From Iphione sp. A-MEVVRFRX5 (taxonomy: Eukaryota): DNA of 64,000 bases. The notes beneath the pieces were generated by a model. That model was given only the letters and a program-made list of their open reading frames with translations. It was not told where the DNA came from and searched no databases. The stretch lies in NCBI GenBank assembly GCA_976226885.1, contig OZ320313.1, positions 156,364,001 through 156,428,000 on the forward strand, given 5' to 3'. Below, piece after piece: positions 38,916 through 51,163 of the stretch. The translations under genes and the position numbers were made by a program. The first letter of the stretch is position 1. Each line of letters starts with the position of its first letter.

Positions 38916-41900
38916 CTCTCGTTACTACTTTTTTTCCACAAAGGCATGTGGAAAGTCAGTGGTGTGATCCAGGTCTGTTCCAAAGAGAAAGGGACGTAGT
39001 CACTTTCCCAGAACGCCAAATTAAAACGCTTTATCGTCAAACTCGCAAACTCCAAGCTAAAAGCAACATCTTTCCAAGAAAGGGCAGATGTAAGCGCCAG
39101 CCCCACAGCGATACCATCTGACGGCCATTGGAGAAGGCCTTTAAAGGGCGATGGCCTGTAGAACTACATGACCTGCTGCTCGCCGTGCTAGTGACGAGCA
39201 GCAAATATTCATAGAGTCAATATTCCAGCCCTCATCCCCACAGATGAGCAGCTCAGCGGGCTCGCAAACCTGGTGGACGGACCCACCGAGAGTTGGCTTT
39301 AAGGCCTCGCTTACCATTGGAAGTCCAAGCGGCGGACATACAGAAACCCTGCTTCTCTAACTGGCAGCTAGCATAACGCCCGCCCATCGAAATTACGAAG
39401 CATACGTGCCCACCATCTCCACTGCTGCACCAAAGCCGGATCCTCACAGTACCTATCTACAAACACCTCTCTACAAATAGTTCTCTCTACCTAGCATCAC
39501 CCCCACCAACTACCATTTAACTTCCCTCACTAACCCCCCCCCCCTCTCCCACCAGACACGCATACACACTCCAAGTATCATCATCCAATAAAACCATCAC
39601 ACGCGAGTACACCACCTAGCAGACCTCACTTGGGCAACTAACCATCTGGTGCACCAACATTAATAATTCTCCAGTTACTAACAAAGCTATCAAAGCAAAG
39701 GAGTGTGTTCAGTGAGTTTTGGAGAGATCCCTACATGGTGGAGTAGCTGAACATGTAATGTAATTATTTGGTCATAGGAATCGATTTTGACCTCCTGTGA
39801 ACTGTATAGTTAGTACATTTCGTGTTCAATCACCCTTTCGTTCTGACAGTTACTATTCCAAAACGGTTAAGGAGAATTATGACAGAATTGCAGTGCTGGA
39901 AAACAACGGTGAAATCCTTGAAATCGGCGTCGCTTGGGTATTATTTACTGTATAACCACCCTTTATGTAAACGGAGTGACGATCTTTAAAATATTCCAAT
40001 CACAAACTGCCCGCTGAAAACCTTATAATCCAGTCTCTTTGTTTATCTTAATTCAGCCCGGTTATACAATCTGCATGTAGAGTCTTGCGAAGGGAACAAA
40101 CACCACTACCTCCTGCAGCCATCGCGAAACACAAATATACAGGCCAACACCAACAACCAAAGGGTTGCGATAGTACGGCTGGCGGCCATTATCTGCTCCA
40201 CACCAACAATCTCAAACATACATCAAGGACTGAGAGGGCCCAACCATCCCACCAACGACCGCCACACAGACATGGGCGGAGGCTGGGTTGGGGGGGGCCT
40301 CACAATGGCAATGACAGTGAAGATCATAAGTCCCGAATACAAAGAACAGACACATTGTTCACGCGTATACTTCGGTCCCACAACCCAACTCTGGCACTGG
40401 GTAAGCCGAAATTTGTGAAGGCGGAACGAACACACACGAATACATAGAGTTGGCAGGTTAGTTTCACTGCGGGGCATCCACTTTAAGTCGGCTTTTGTAG
40501 ACTGTACCTGCTAGTTTTCTCGAGGAAAACAGCGGAATGAATATTTGCTACTCACCACTAAACGTTTACAGTATCAGAGAGATGGTTTGCACACACTTGT
40601 ATGATATTTTATAAAACACACATTCGTGGCTGGAATAGCGTGATACTTATCTACTATTACATGCATAATAAATAGGCAATCGTACTTTCCGCAAATGAAT
40701 CATAGAGAAGCCCAAACATGCGAATCCCTGTGCACAATTGATATTGAAGAGCACGGTGCCTTCTCTTCGTGGAAAAGACGTCAGGATATGATTTGTTTAT
40801 GACAGGTTGCGCACCAATGCGGGAACTGCGGGAGAATATTTGCTGTTATAATATGTTCTAGCACCATGGTATGTCTAACAACATGATTGCCTCCGCTGGA
40901 GTGGCGGCTCTACTCTTCGGATTGGATGTGTTGCAGTTTCTCTAACATGAACAAAGTACATTCACCTCTCCTCTTAGATCCATATATTTGTTGAATATTT
41001 ATTACATGTTCGCAAGCTTGAATATCAATGAAACCGTAGCCATATTTTGTACACTGTAGATTATATAATTTAGAAGAAATAGTAAACTCGACAAATACAA
41101 TCAGCATCATGTACACGTGGATGAAGCTATATTAAATCATCTATATAGCCTCCAAGACTACGGGCGTTGATTGACTTAGAACCAGCAACGAAATTTATTA
41201 TCCTCCGGTAGAATTTAGACACAGGAACACATTATTGTACAACCTACAAGGTGGTTCCTTTTTCAGAGCTCTGTCTACCACATGATAAATCATGCTGAAG
41301 CTGAAGGTCTCGCCTTTGAGCTGCCCGCGGAGCCTGAGGCGGACGACTCTGACCTGAGGAAGGATAGAATGTGGGTACTTGAGAGGAAATGAAACCTGCC
41401 CGACCAGAATATGCCACTGCTGAGCATCGCGGCCATTGCCGCCAACTCGCCACGCGCCCCCCCCCCCGCCTCCGACTTGCCTTCCCTTCCCTGCTACTCG
41501 TCAGCTTGGGTGCACGTTGTGGATGGGGAGGTGCAGGCTTGACCATGCCTGAAGACACCCGATGTGATGCTATCTACAGGAGGCATGGAGGTGTCATAGA
41601 CGACGACCTGAGGCTAGCCCAGGCGGAAGGCTCTGTAGAAGGTGATGAGTGAGGAAAATCCCACAGTCTGATGATGCTTTTATATCAAGATGCAAGTATA
41701 TTGCAGTGGCGATGGACGACAGCGACCACCACACCAGATAGCATGTACTAGGAAGGAAGAAAAGGGAATAAACCTCGCCAGTTAACACTCTCCTCTAATG
41801 TGCTCGTGAACCATCGTATCGGACACTTACTTGACGGTTTCAACTGTGCCAGCCCTCCCCCCACCCACCCCCGCATTACACACATAGACTCTTTAGTAAT

Positions 41901-44384
41901 CAGTCACTGCAAGCACTTTGGTATGAAGAAAAGTTAAAGGGGAAATGTGACTCAACATGGATTTCACTCTGACAGAGAACCCAGTGAACCGTTTCACCCA
42001 CTTCATCATATCTGACCGCGAACGGACTACGACAGCAGAATCTTCAATGAGAAATGGCACAGCTGATTAATCGTTCCTAATTAATGAGGCAATGATAATT
42101 GGATGATCGCCTTCTTCTTCTTTGTTTTCGGCCGTTCTTTAGACTCGCTTTTTTACTACAAGGCTTTCTGTAGTGGGACAGGCTTTTTCCAGTGTAGATG
42201 CAGGTGGAGGGGGGGGGGGCGGAGAACTCGGCTCTACTACAAGGACGCTGCCGATAAGTATGGCAATTGACGATCAGTCAGATTTTCTAAAGCCTTAAAC
42301 TGAACTATACTGATGCGCTAAGAACGGCATTACTTAAGTACCGTCAGAAGAACCTTTTTCCCCTGTCTCGGTAGACTAATTATCGCTGGAAGCACATTGA
42401 TTTCCTTTAACGCAATTGCTTTTTATTCATCCCGGCTATACCTGCTTTAAACCACTATTGAGGATTCACATCTGTGTTAAGTGATTCCAGTATAGGCTCC
42501 TGCATTATGAAAATGTCATCAGGTTACCACAGAGGCAGAAACCATGTTGTTCTTTTTAGTGTGCATGCCACCTGTGATTCTTTTTGTTCAATTTGTCGTC
42601 ATCGGAGGCACATATAATATATTGAACAAACTGAAAGTGGGGAATAATATATTATTCTGGCATTTCGCCTGTCACCTTCAGGAAATGTCTCTTGGTTTAT
42701 TGGTAATGGCACCATCGCTACCGCTCTCAGACACTGTAATCAAGGGAAGAAGCAACGGACAGGATAATTGGTCACTTGAGAGGAATCCTGCGGTCTTGCT
42801 TCATCATTTTTAAGGACACTTGTTTACGTCGTGCTGACCAAGTAGGGAATACCCTGCGGCCTGCTTTGGATGCATGGATGATTAGACAAGGCACGGCGAT
42901 ATGTAGTTGGGAAGGATGAAGACGAAAAAAGATCATAACTAGGAACATCAAAGAGGAAGGGATAGAAGGAGTGAGATGATCTGCAGAGAGATACCTTTTA
43001 AACGCTAATATAACAATATATTAAAGACAGAGTAAATATAAAGGTGAACAATATCTCTCCAGGAAATGCTTTTAACAGGAAACCACAGCTTTCTGAAAAA
43101 AAGGACAAGTACAGAAGAAGTTTTCCGTAAATTAAGATCATCATCCTAACACATACAGAGGCAGAATGCTACATTTGATTCTGGGCGATTCCGGGCCTTT
43201 CTAGGAGGCGTACTGGAAACTCCATATCCATACGGATAACAGAAATATATGTCACAGACCATAATGTTGAGTTCTACATACATGTGGCAAGTTGAGCAAA
43301 AATTTCCTTGTCTCTCTTCTAAGCTTGTGCAAAATGAATTATCCATCCAGCAGAGAGACGAATGTAACATTTGATGGTTTATATTTAGGCAGATTTCACA
43401 AGCAGCATGCAGTACCTAGCCCGCATCGTTTCGCATATTTGCTGACACCTCTGTCGAATGTCGTCTATTGTCCTATTGTACAGGTGTCGAATCTTTTTTT
43501 CTAACTGCATTTGAGGGTGGACCGATGATTGTCTGTGCGGACGGAATATTTTTGTCCTCTTTGTATTGCCTGCCATGGACACTGTGCAATCAAATTATAA
43601 TGACCCGCCCGCCGGAATACAATATCATCGGGTAAATTTTTTTCACATACAAAGGACGTTTCTTGCGTTATTTCCACTGCAAAATAATGATTGTCGCTAG
43701 CGTAGGAGTGAGAGGATAACAGCCACATTAGCGCGATGGAGGTGATTACTCGTGGACTGGGTAACATAAAATTTGTTGCCCATTTGTACGGGCGATGTAA
43801 ACGTACATGCAGGCCGTAGCAGTTGGCTAGTGCATTTAAAAGGCTCGCATTTTGTCATTCATCATCATGGCACACTTTACGAGCCAAGTTGCGAACAATA
43901 TAGCGAGGATATTTGGGCTGGACAAATGTTTATGCCACATGGGAAAGAAAGAACATTTCAACCTGTTGCGTTGATTTGGAGACGTCTAGGTAAGAGTCAG
44001 TTAAAAGAATACAGGTAGACAATCTAGTAGCATGAATGTTTCGCCGCGTTCAAGAGTCCATGCTGCCAAACCTGCCAACATAGCTTCATTGACATTATTT
44101 CAAATTTGTTTTCATAGGATGGAGAGCACAGGTGTTGGCTTTAACTGTTAAAATAATCTAAATCTATTGTAGAATGTGTGTCAGTGGGAATCTGAAGTAA
44201 TCATAAATTGTACCCGAAATACTGGTTGTTACCCTCCCTCTTTTAAAATGGATGCCGGAAGCAGGTTGCCCAGTGCTCCACTTCCTTCCCTCTAGACTGG
44301 TACCCGGTACTCACGCTCTTCCCTCAGTAGACTGGTACCTATACCCTCCCGACCGAGAGAGTGTGTGTATGTGTGTGCTAACCC

Positions 44385-44516
44385 NNNNNNNNNNNNNNNN
44401 NNNNNNNNNNNNNNNNNNNNNNNNNNNNNNNNNNNNNNNNNNNNNNNNNNNNNNNNNNNNNNNNNNNNNNNNNNNNNNNNNNNNNNNNNNNNNNNNNNNN
44501 NNNNNNNNNNNNNNNN
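44385..44516. other. Assembly gap (132 N)
   Basis: Run of n. Confidence 1.
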
Positions 44517-44677
44517 GTTGGGATCCCATCAAGTCTGTATCAACTACCAGTGCAAGCGCCGAAGGCGCTTGTATCCCTCAAACAGAGGGACTTAAAAAGG
44601 AAATTAAACGAATCAAAATAACAACGTTAGTTTCGTAACAATCATCCAATTTGTGAAAAAATACGTTCATTCAGAAC

Positions 44678-44750
44678 AATACCTTTGAATTTCTTTCTTT
44701 TCTCTCTGCCGAGAATACCTTTGAGTTTTTTCTTTTCTCTCTGCCGAGAA
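44678..44750. repeat. 36-bp tandem duplication
   Basis: aatacctttga...cttttctctctgccgag x2. Confidence 0.9.
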
Positions 44751-47700
44751 GGTATCGGACATATTAATGAGGTCTATCATCTCAAGTTCATAAAGTGTTG
44801 AGTGATGAGGAGAGGTTCCGCTCAAAAGCGTGTAAAGAGAATTGAAGAATTAAAAATTATGATTGATTGCGCTTTTCGTAGCATCCTCTCCTTTCCCTGT
44901 CCACAAAATAGGTGGTGGATTCGACGTGGTCAAGTAAGATGTATAAACGCTCAAAAGATACATTATTTCGATTTGTTTGAAAGGATTTATTGCAATATCT
45001 TTTCCTATTGAACGGTTTCTTTCACTTTACTCTACGGTGTTGTGTTGGTTCGGATACCACTGTACCTTCTGAGAATCAATGGTGCCAATAGCCGGTCACA
45101 TTTAACACTGGGAATTAATTAAGGCAGCATTGCGTGACCATCTACCTTCGGGGGATAAAGGTAGGGGGTGGGGGTAAGCCCGCTGACCTCGAAGCCAGAA
45201 AATGGCTTCCCTTTATCGAGGTTCTTCCGTCATCCTCACCAACCAACCTCCGATCTCCACCAGACCACGTCTGGTTAGCTATCAGCCAGTCTATCTCTCG
45301 GAGGCACGGCATTCATGGCATCAGGTTCTGGAAGTCTGGAGACGGTATCGCCTGCGGAATTGGGCTTGTAGCCGGGAAATTGCCATCGTATCTCGTCCTC
45401 TGAGGTAGCACTGCGTCTGGCGTGGGATTGCAACCCATCGCTCATGACTCGTCAGTCAACCATGACGCCAGATCCGGGTCTACATGGGTGGACAAAGTGA
45501 ATTCTTTTCTATGCGACACACGGCATAAAACAGTGCTCCTCCACTCAATGTTATGGTTCCTTTTTATGTGGACAGGAGAGCGATCTTGATCGACTGCAAA
45601 TTCAAGTGAATTTTCCGCGCTGCGTCCATAGAGCCTTATAGGCGGGATTCACTCTACTTGGTGAATGCATTCCATCTATTTCGAAATCTAATGAAAGTGA
45701 ATTGCTATTCCTTCCACAGTGGGGAGCCAACCACAGCACTACCACGTTGTCTACCTCATCCTGATTTTTTAAACCACGTAACCAACCAAAACTTCTACAT
45801 CATCACGAACACAGCCATCTGAATAGAAATCAAACAGCCATTCCCTACATGTTAATACATGACGTTATTAAGTTAAGGTTCCCGATTATGCGAGTAAACG
45901 AGGCTTACAAGAAAGTTGGTTTATCAAATTACAGTCTATATACCACAGATAGGACTGAGTAGCCTGATCGTCAATTAAATTGGGAAGACCCATAGTATAA
46001 CATTATCCGGCCGGTCCTTTCAAAGCCTGTCACGCGATATCGACTGGTAGGAAGACCACGTACGTGGAGAGCCAGTTTTAGATTTTAGTGGTGAGGAAGC
46101 ATGGACATTGATATGTAATTCTATCTATACATTAAAGAAATTATAATAGCTTTGATGGGAAAATGTATATAAATTGATAGAGGTCTTTACTACCTAGAAT
46201 CTTCTGAGAGCAGTCCTGCTTGAATTTATGCGCTTGTTCAGTACTAACACTATAGCGTGTTGTTCACTGGATCTATAAAGAATCCTTGATCTTTTCTGGA
46301 TAGAGAAGTCTATATTTTGTTTTAATGTTTCTTCGATGACGTCAATAAAATCAGCAACCAAACCGTTATATCTCTAAGACTACTACGCATATCTATGGTA
46401 AAAGTTATCGATTAACATTCAAGAGCCGTAAAGTTACTGCGTCGATTTAAAGTAAAAAAAATCCTCTTTATATTAAGGAACCACGCTCTCAGTTTTAGTG
46501 AATGGATTTGCGTTTTAATCTCCTTACTAGCGTCCTGTCTGCTTATTATGCATTGGGTGATTTCAATTGTTGCAGACTGACGTGGTGCATTAGCGCAACA
46601 CTGGTTCCTCCATTAAAGCAAAGGCGGTCGCGTCCAGCTGCCATAATAAAGCCCGTATGCCGTCTCTTGATTATTGTCCATAGTCCGGTCGGTGGCGAGC
46701 GGAATGTTCAAGTTTGGGCTCCCCGATAAGGCCCCTAATAGAGCCCTTGTCTATGGTTTAATGGGGCGGAAGGCGGTGGATCTACGTCGGGTGGAGTGGG
46801 CGTTATCCCTGATGGCAAGTCGTTGTGCGCCGAGCACAAACTATTGAGGTGATACAGGAAGGAGCTATGCAACGACCAACGTCACTTCAAGCGAGGCCTG
46901 TCCGTCTCCCACCGGCTCCGGGAACAGGCAGGTGCCTGTGTGCCTTCTTGATTGAAGTCGTGAAAGCCATGCGAACTGTCCTGCATCTCTAACCTATTGC
47001 CCGTCAATAACATCCATCAACTGCTGTACACACAGCGCAACGCAGTCAGCGATAGACGTGCTCTGTCTCCAATTGCCTTTCAAGCGCAACCAGCGGTTTC
47101 ATTCCGAATGAAATGCTTTCTTTATTGCACTCATGGGGATGGGATATAGAACGGAATTCCACCTTCGGGGAATGATATAGCAGGCTTTAATTCGTTTCGC
47201 TCCGCCACAATGATCAATTCATGCCGAGGCACCCTTTGTTGTCAACGAGCGGCAGCATTTCCCGTACATTCGGAGCTATCGTTGATTCTCTCTCCCCCCC
47301 TCAATTACATTAACTGATGTTCAATGGTCGCAATTTTTTTCTCTCCATTACTATGTCCTTAAAAATGTTAGGTTTCTCTTTCAACGATCCTTGTTTGTTA
47401 TATCATCCTATCTTAACCTATATCTAGGTAACTGTGTGACTTCCGACCGAAAATGCTCAACATATCAACAAGTGCTTCAGTAGATAATATTATTCGAAGA
47501 CTTCTTTCGTTAAAGCAGGATTTTATTCTTCACCAAGGATGTGTTATGGCGATAAATAATCCTACATGAAGTATGTTCTTACTTTCTCTGCAAATACTGA
47601 GTGCTCAGTACTTCCAGGTTTTAATAAAGTTGCTCAGATGTATAAAGTAAGCGATGACATTTTTAAACATCTTTTCATCAGATTCATCAGAAGTATAGCT

Positions 47701-48075
47701 CTGTCAATTGATAACCCAGTGTATAAGTAAAGTGCTATTGCTGCGTCTTGAAACTATTCTTTTTTAACAGTACAAGTACCAAATTCGTCAGAATACCAAA
47801 GAATAACGGTTTATTTCCTTTAAATGGAGCATCAAATACGCCAAATGTCGCATTGTGAGTTCTTGTCCGTGGAAAACTGTTGATCACAGAATTCAAAGAC
47901 TGAAACCTGAACACAAAACCATTAAGCAAACGATGTGACCTTTAGTTGTGCCAAGGTTTGAGTACCTGCTGCTGGATATCTCAGCACACCTTTGTGGTCG
48001 TCCCATCAGCTGTGCGATTCTAATTTGGCTCTAATCCTAAGAATGTTGTTTTTCTACCCATCTAGTAATGAATAG

Positions 48076-48336
48076 TGTAGCGTTTCCCATTACGTAATAA
48101 AGACATGACCAAGGTTGTGAACAATGAAGGTTTATTCCAGAGATGTGAACACTACGGCGACTCAGCCTAGACTGACTCCCTCCTCCCTAGCAGCCCCTTA
48201 TATACCCTACCCAGGGGCAGGGGGGGGGTGGTGGGGAGTGCAGCACTCCGCACCCCCGGCGCGTCCTAGTGCAGCACTCCGCATGCAGCACTCAGCACCG
48301 GGGTTGCCTCCTGGTGCCGCACTCCGCAGCACCACA
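48076..48336 (-). repeat. Element 1 3' LTR
   Basis: Appears identical by eye to 56925-57185. On the minus strand: TATATAAG (48204-48197), AATAAA (48136-48131), and four TGC[AC]GCACTC[CA]GCA copies (as read on the plus strand) in U3. Confidence 0.99.
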
Positions 48337-48348
48337 CTGCCCCCTCCC
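48337..48348 (-). other. Polypurine tract GGGAGGGGGCAG
   Basis: Directly abuts the TG of the 3' LTR. Confidence 0.9.
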
Positions 48349-48445
48349 GAAACGAAACTTTGTCCCCAAAGTTCTAACATACTTCAACATCGGAACAGTC
48401 CAACCGTAACCTGGAACAGTCAACAAGGCACAGGTGATCCACAGC

Positions 48446-51163
48446 TCATCGTAGGGACACTGTCCACACCTCCTTCAGGTTGGCGACAACACAGTCGCCG
48501 TCGCGGGACTGGTCCCAGGTGGTCAACCTGCGCATGGCAGTGCCCCTAGTGAGGTTCTCAAACCTCCGTGCGTGCCAGCGCATTAGCTCGGCTGAGCCTA
48601 GCTGATCCGGTCCCCTCGGCCGGAAACGAATACTCTGGTTGAGGGTCAGCTTCACCTGATTTCCCCCCAACGCCTGGACTTCCGATCTCCCTGATGCTCG
48701 TACGATCTCCCAGCCCTCGGGAGGTGCGGACTGGCAAGAGACGAAGCGTACTCCGGTTTCTTCTGGCGAGGGGGGGGAGATGTCCTGGTAAGACCAATAT
48801 TGCGTGGGGGACCGAACGCCCGACGGCAGCCACGGCTGTCCAGCCCCTCGTCCCAGGCCCGGCGACGACAAGGGGAGTACTCGCGCCGTAGGGGATATGG
48901 CTCCTCGCGCCAGGTTCGGAAGGGACGCCCGTCTCTGCAAACGGGGGCCTGGGGGTGTCCAGCGTGGGGGCGCGTCCCCGGAGGGACCGGGCCGTAGGGG
49001 GCGGTCGACGAGGGCCTCCACGTTCACACTGTGCACCCGTAGCGGTCCTCGGGGCGGTGGCACCGCGCCGGCCCCAGGGACAACTGGCGGTGCCAGCTCC
49101 ACGTTGAAATCCCTGGGAGGAGGCTCGTGGTCGGGCGCCACCCCGGGTCCTTCCTCGTCGGTATGGGGTGGCCTTGGAGAGCCGGGGGCCGGCTCGAGTT
49201 GCCCCGTCTCATCCTCACGGTCAACAGGTGGCGGCACTCCCGGTCGCTCTCCAGCTACACCTGGTCGTGGCGGCTCGACGACATTGGTGTCCACGTTCCC
49301 TTCGCCAGTCCCCAGTCCGGCCGTGGTAGACGGGTTCGCTGCGGGGGGTGTGCGTAGAGGGGCCACCGGACCGACTTCCTCCGATGGTGCCGGTGATGCA
49401 CTTCCGGTCCCCTTCTCCTCCCGGTCCGGAGCCCTGGGTGGGGGACCCGCTGGACGTGCCGGCGGACCCGTTGCGGAGGGGCCAAGTGAAGAGGAAGTAG
49501 GCCCGGCCTCCTCCTGGTGGACTGCCAAGGGTCTGCCGACCCCCACCCCTGCGTCGCTGGAGACGTCCTGAGGCTCGGTATCCTCCTCAATCGGCGTGAG
49601 CCCGCGGCCCAGCCCCCCCGGTGGGGTCAACGCGGAAGTACCGCCCTGGTCCGACGGCGAGGTGGTCGGTCGGTCCGCTGGAAGCCTTGGAGGCGGCGGG
49701 GTGGATGTGTCGTCCCGACCTGACGTACTGTGCTGGGAGAGGCTGGCCAGGGTAACTGCGGCCTCCTCCTCTAAGTCTGGAAGTTCATCGGAACTGATGT
49801 CATCGACCCAGAAGGAGGTGCCCAGGGTCTCGGCAAACACTCTCCTTATGGGGCTGATGTCAAGCGCATCGCCCTTCTTGGTGGAAGACCCTGGTGTCGA
49901 GGGGGAGGGCGCTGCCGTATCTCCTCCGGGGGTTATCTCGCCTTCCATGGGGCGGGTCTCGCTCCCCGGTCGCTTCCGGGGGAGGGGAGGGGAGTCCTCC
50001 GGCGAATCTGAGATGACCACCGGTTGGGACGGCGAGGCCTCCTTCGACCAGCCTGGTCCAAGGCGGCGGTCTAGCTCTTCCTCTGTGTCAGTGGCCGACC
50101 CACGACCCAGCTTGAGCGGCGGCTGCCCTGGCCGCGACGACTTAGATGGGGGAGCCTTCCCCTTTCCTTTTCCGTGCGACTTCGTCGTGGCGGGTCCCTT
50201 GCCCTTACTTGCCCCGGCACGGCCTTGATGACGTGTTGCTGCTCGTCCTCTGCCCGGCGAATATACGGCATAGGGGGGTTGGGCCGTCGGTCCAGGGGAG
50301 GGGTGCGCCGGGGTGGCCTGTTCCTCCTCGTCTTCTTCGACCCTCGACTGGGGGGGGGTGAACAGCTGCCGCCCTCCAGACCCCTGGTCAGCTGGTAGGT
50401 TGATCCCCTTTGGGGTTGGGACCAGGGGGAGGGCCCGCGCGCACGTGGTCGGACGTTCCTTAGGGGCCCTGGCGTAGGTCCGTGGCCGCATCCTCTCTGG
50501 CGGTGAGGCAGACCCTCCGCTGGTTCCGGCCCGGCTGCCTGGCGATGGTCCGGCCTCGGAGGTTGATCCATGCGCCGGCGTCTCGGACTGAGAATCCGCC
50601 GACCCGGCTGACGCGGAAGTAGGCGGCCCCTTGCTGCCCGCGGAGCTGCTGGGGGTTGCTGGGGCAGAGCGGTCGGTGCCGAGTCGGCGACGTGCCCGGC
50701 GGGCTGGTGGGCGCGATGGTCGAGGGGGTGCTTCCTCTCCCGACTCGGCGTCCTCGTCCGAGGACTCAACGACCTCTGCCCTGAGATCCTTGGTTCTTGC
50801 GGTGGCCTCGCGACGGCGCCGCCTGGCCAGCTCTGTCAGCTTGTCTGCAGGGCACTCGATGGCGACCCCACGGGTGGGGTTGAACCCCGAGAATCGCACA
50901 TAACCGATGTCCACTGTCTGTGTCATCTGGAGGGATCGGTGTACCCCCAGAAGGTGCCGTTTCCAGTCCGTTCGTCTGCGGAAGGCGGTGTTCTTGCAGG
51001 TTTGGACGGGGCAAATCCAGCCGAACCCCTTAGGGCTGTGCACTTGCTCCATATGGCGTCGTAAATTTTGCCTCTGCTGGAAACCAGTATCGCACAGATG
51101 ACATGCGAATGGAGCTGTGGCAAGGGGTACTTCCCCGGAGGCAGATGGGGTCTGGTCGGTCAT
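48446..51163 (-). CDS. ORF3-like module (905 aa from MTDQT): two C2H2 fingers, ~700-aa Pro/Ser/Gly/Ala-rich region, ~120-aa ordered C-terminus; in frame with pol
   Basis: FACHLCDTGFQQRQNLRRHMEQVH and CPVQTCKNTAFRRRTDWKRHLLGVH at 51109-50939. The ATG is preceded by the acceptor ttgcttgtttgtcccctgcAG|GA. Confidence 0.8.
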   Translation of the reverse strand: MTDQTPSASGEVPLATAPFACHLCDTGFQQRQNLRRHMEQVHSPKGFGWICPVQTCKNTAFRRRTDWKRHLLGVHRSLQMTQTVDIGYVRFSGFNPTRGVAIECPADKLTELARRRRREATARTKDLRAEVVESSDEDAESGEEAPPRPSRPPARRARRRLGTDRSAPATPSSSAGSKGPPTSASAGSADSQSETPAHGSTSEAGPSPGSRAGTSGGSASPPERMRPRTYARAPKERPTTCARALPLVPTPKGINLPADQGSGGRQLFTPPQSRVEEDEEEQATPAHPSPGPTAQPPYAVYSPGRGRAATRHQGRAGASKGKGPATTKSHGKGKGKAPPSKSSRPGQPPLKLGRGSATDTEEELDRRLGPGWSKEASPSQPVVISDSPEDSPPLPRKRPGSETRPMEGEITPGGDTAAPSPSTPGSSTKKGDALDISPIRRVFAETLGTSFWVDDISSDELPDLEEEAAVTLASLSQHSTSGRDDTSTPPPPRLPADRPTTSPSDQGGTSALTPPGGLGRGLTPIEEDTEPQDVSSDAGVGVGRPLAVHQEEAGPTSSSLGPSATGPPARPAGPPPRAPDREEKGTGSASPAPSEEVGPVAPLRTPPAANPSTTAGLGTGEGNVDTNVVEPPRPGVAGERPGVPPPVDREDETGQLEPAPGSPRPPHTDEEGPGVAPDHEPPPRDFNVELAPPVVPGAGAVPPPRGPLRVHSVNVEALVDRPLRPGPSGDAPPRWTPPGPRLQRRASLPNLARGAISPTARVLPLSSPGLGRGAGQPWLPSGVRSPTQYWSYQDISPPSPEETGVRFVSCQSAPPEGWEIVRASGRSEVQALGGNQVKLTLNQSIRFRPRGPDQLGSAELMRWHARRFENLTRGTAMRRLTTWDQSRDGDCVVANLKEVWTVSLR

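Noticed and set aside
42850-42990. Possible RTE LINE tail
   Set aside because: Too degenerate to support by eye; 40130-40290 is similarly weak.
4701-44275. 15-nt inverted match gcaggttgcccagtg (near 4701 and 44261)
   Set aside because: A few 15-mer matches are expected by chance in 64 kb.
48124-48549. MKVYSRD... ORF, repeated at 56973-57221
   Set aside because: Simply the LTR read in antisense twice; the two versions diverge at the LTR edge.
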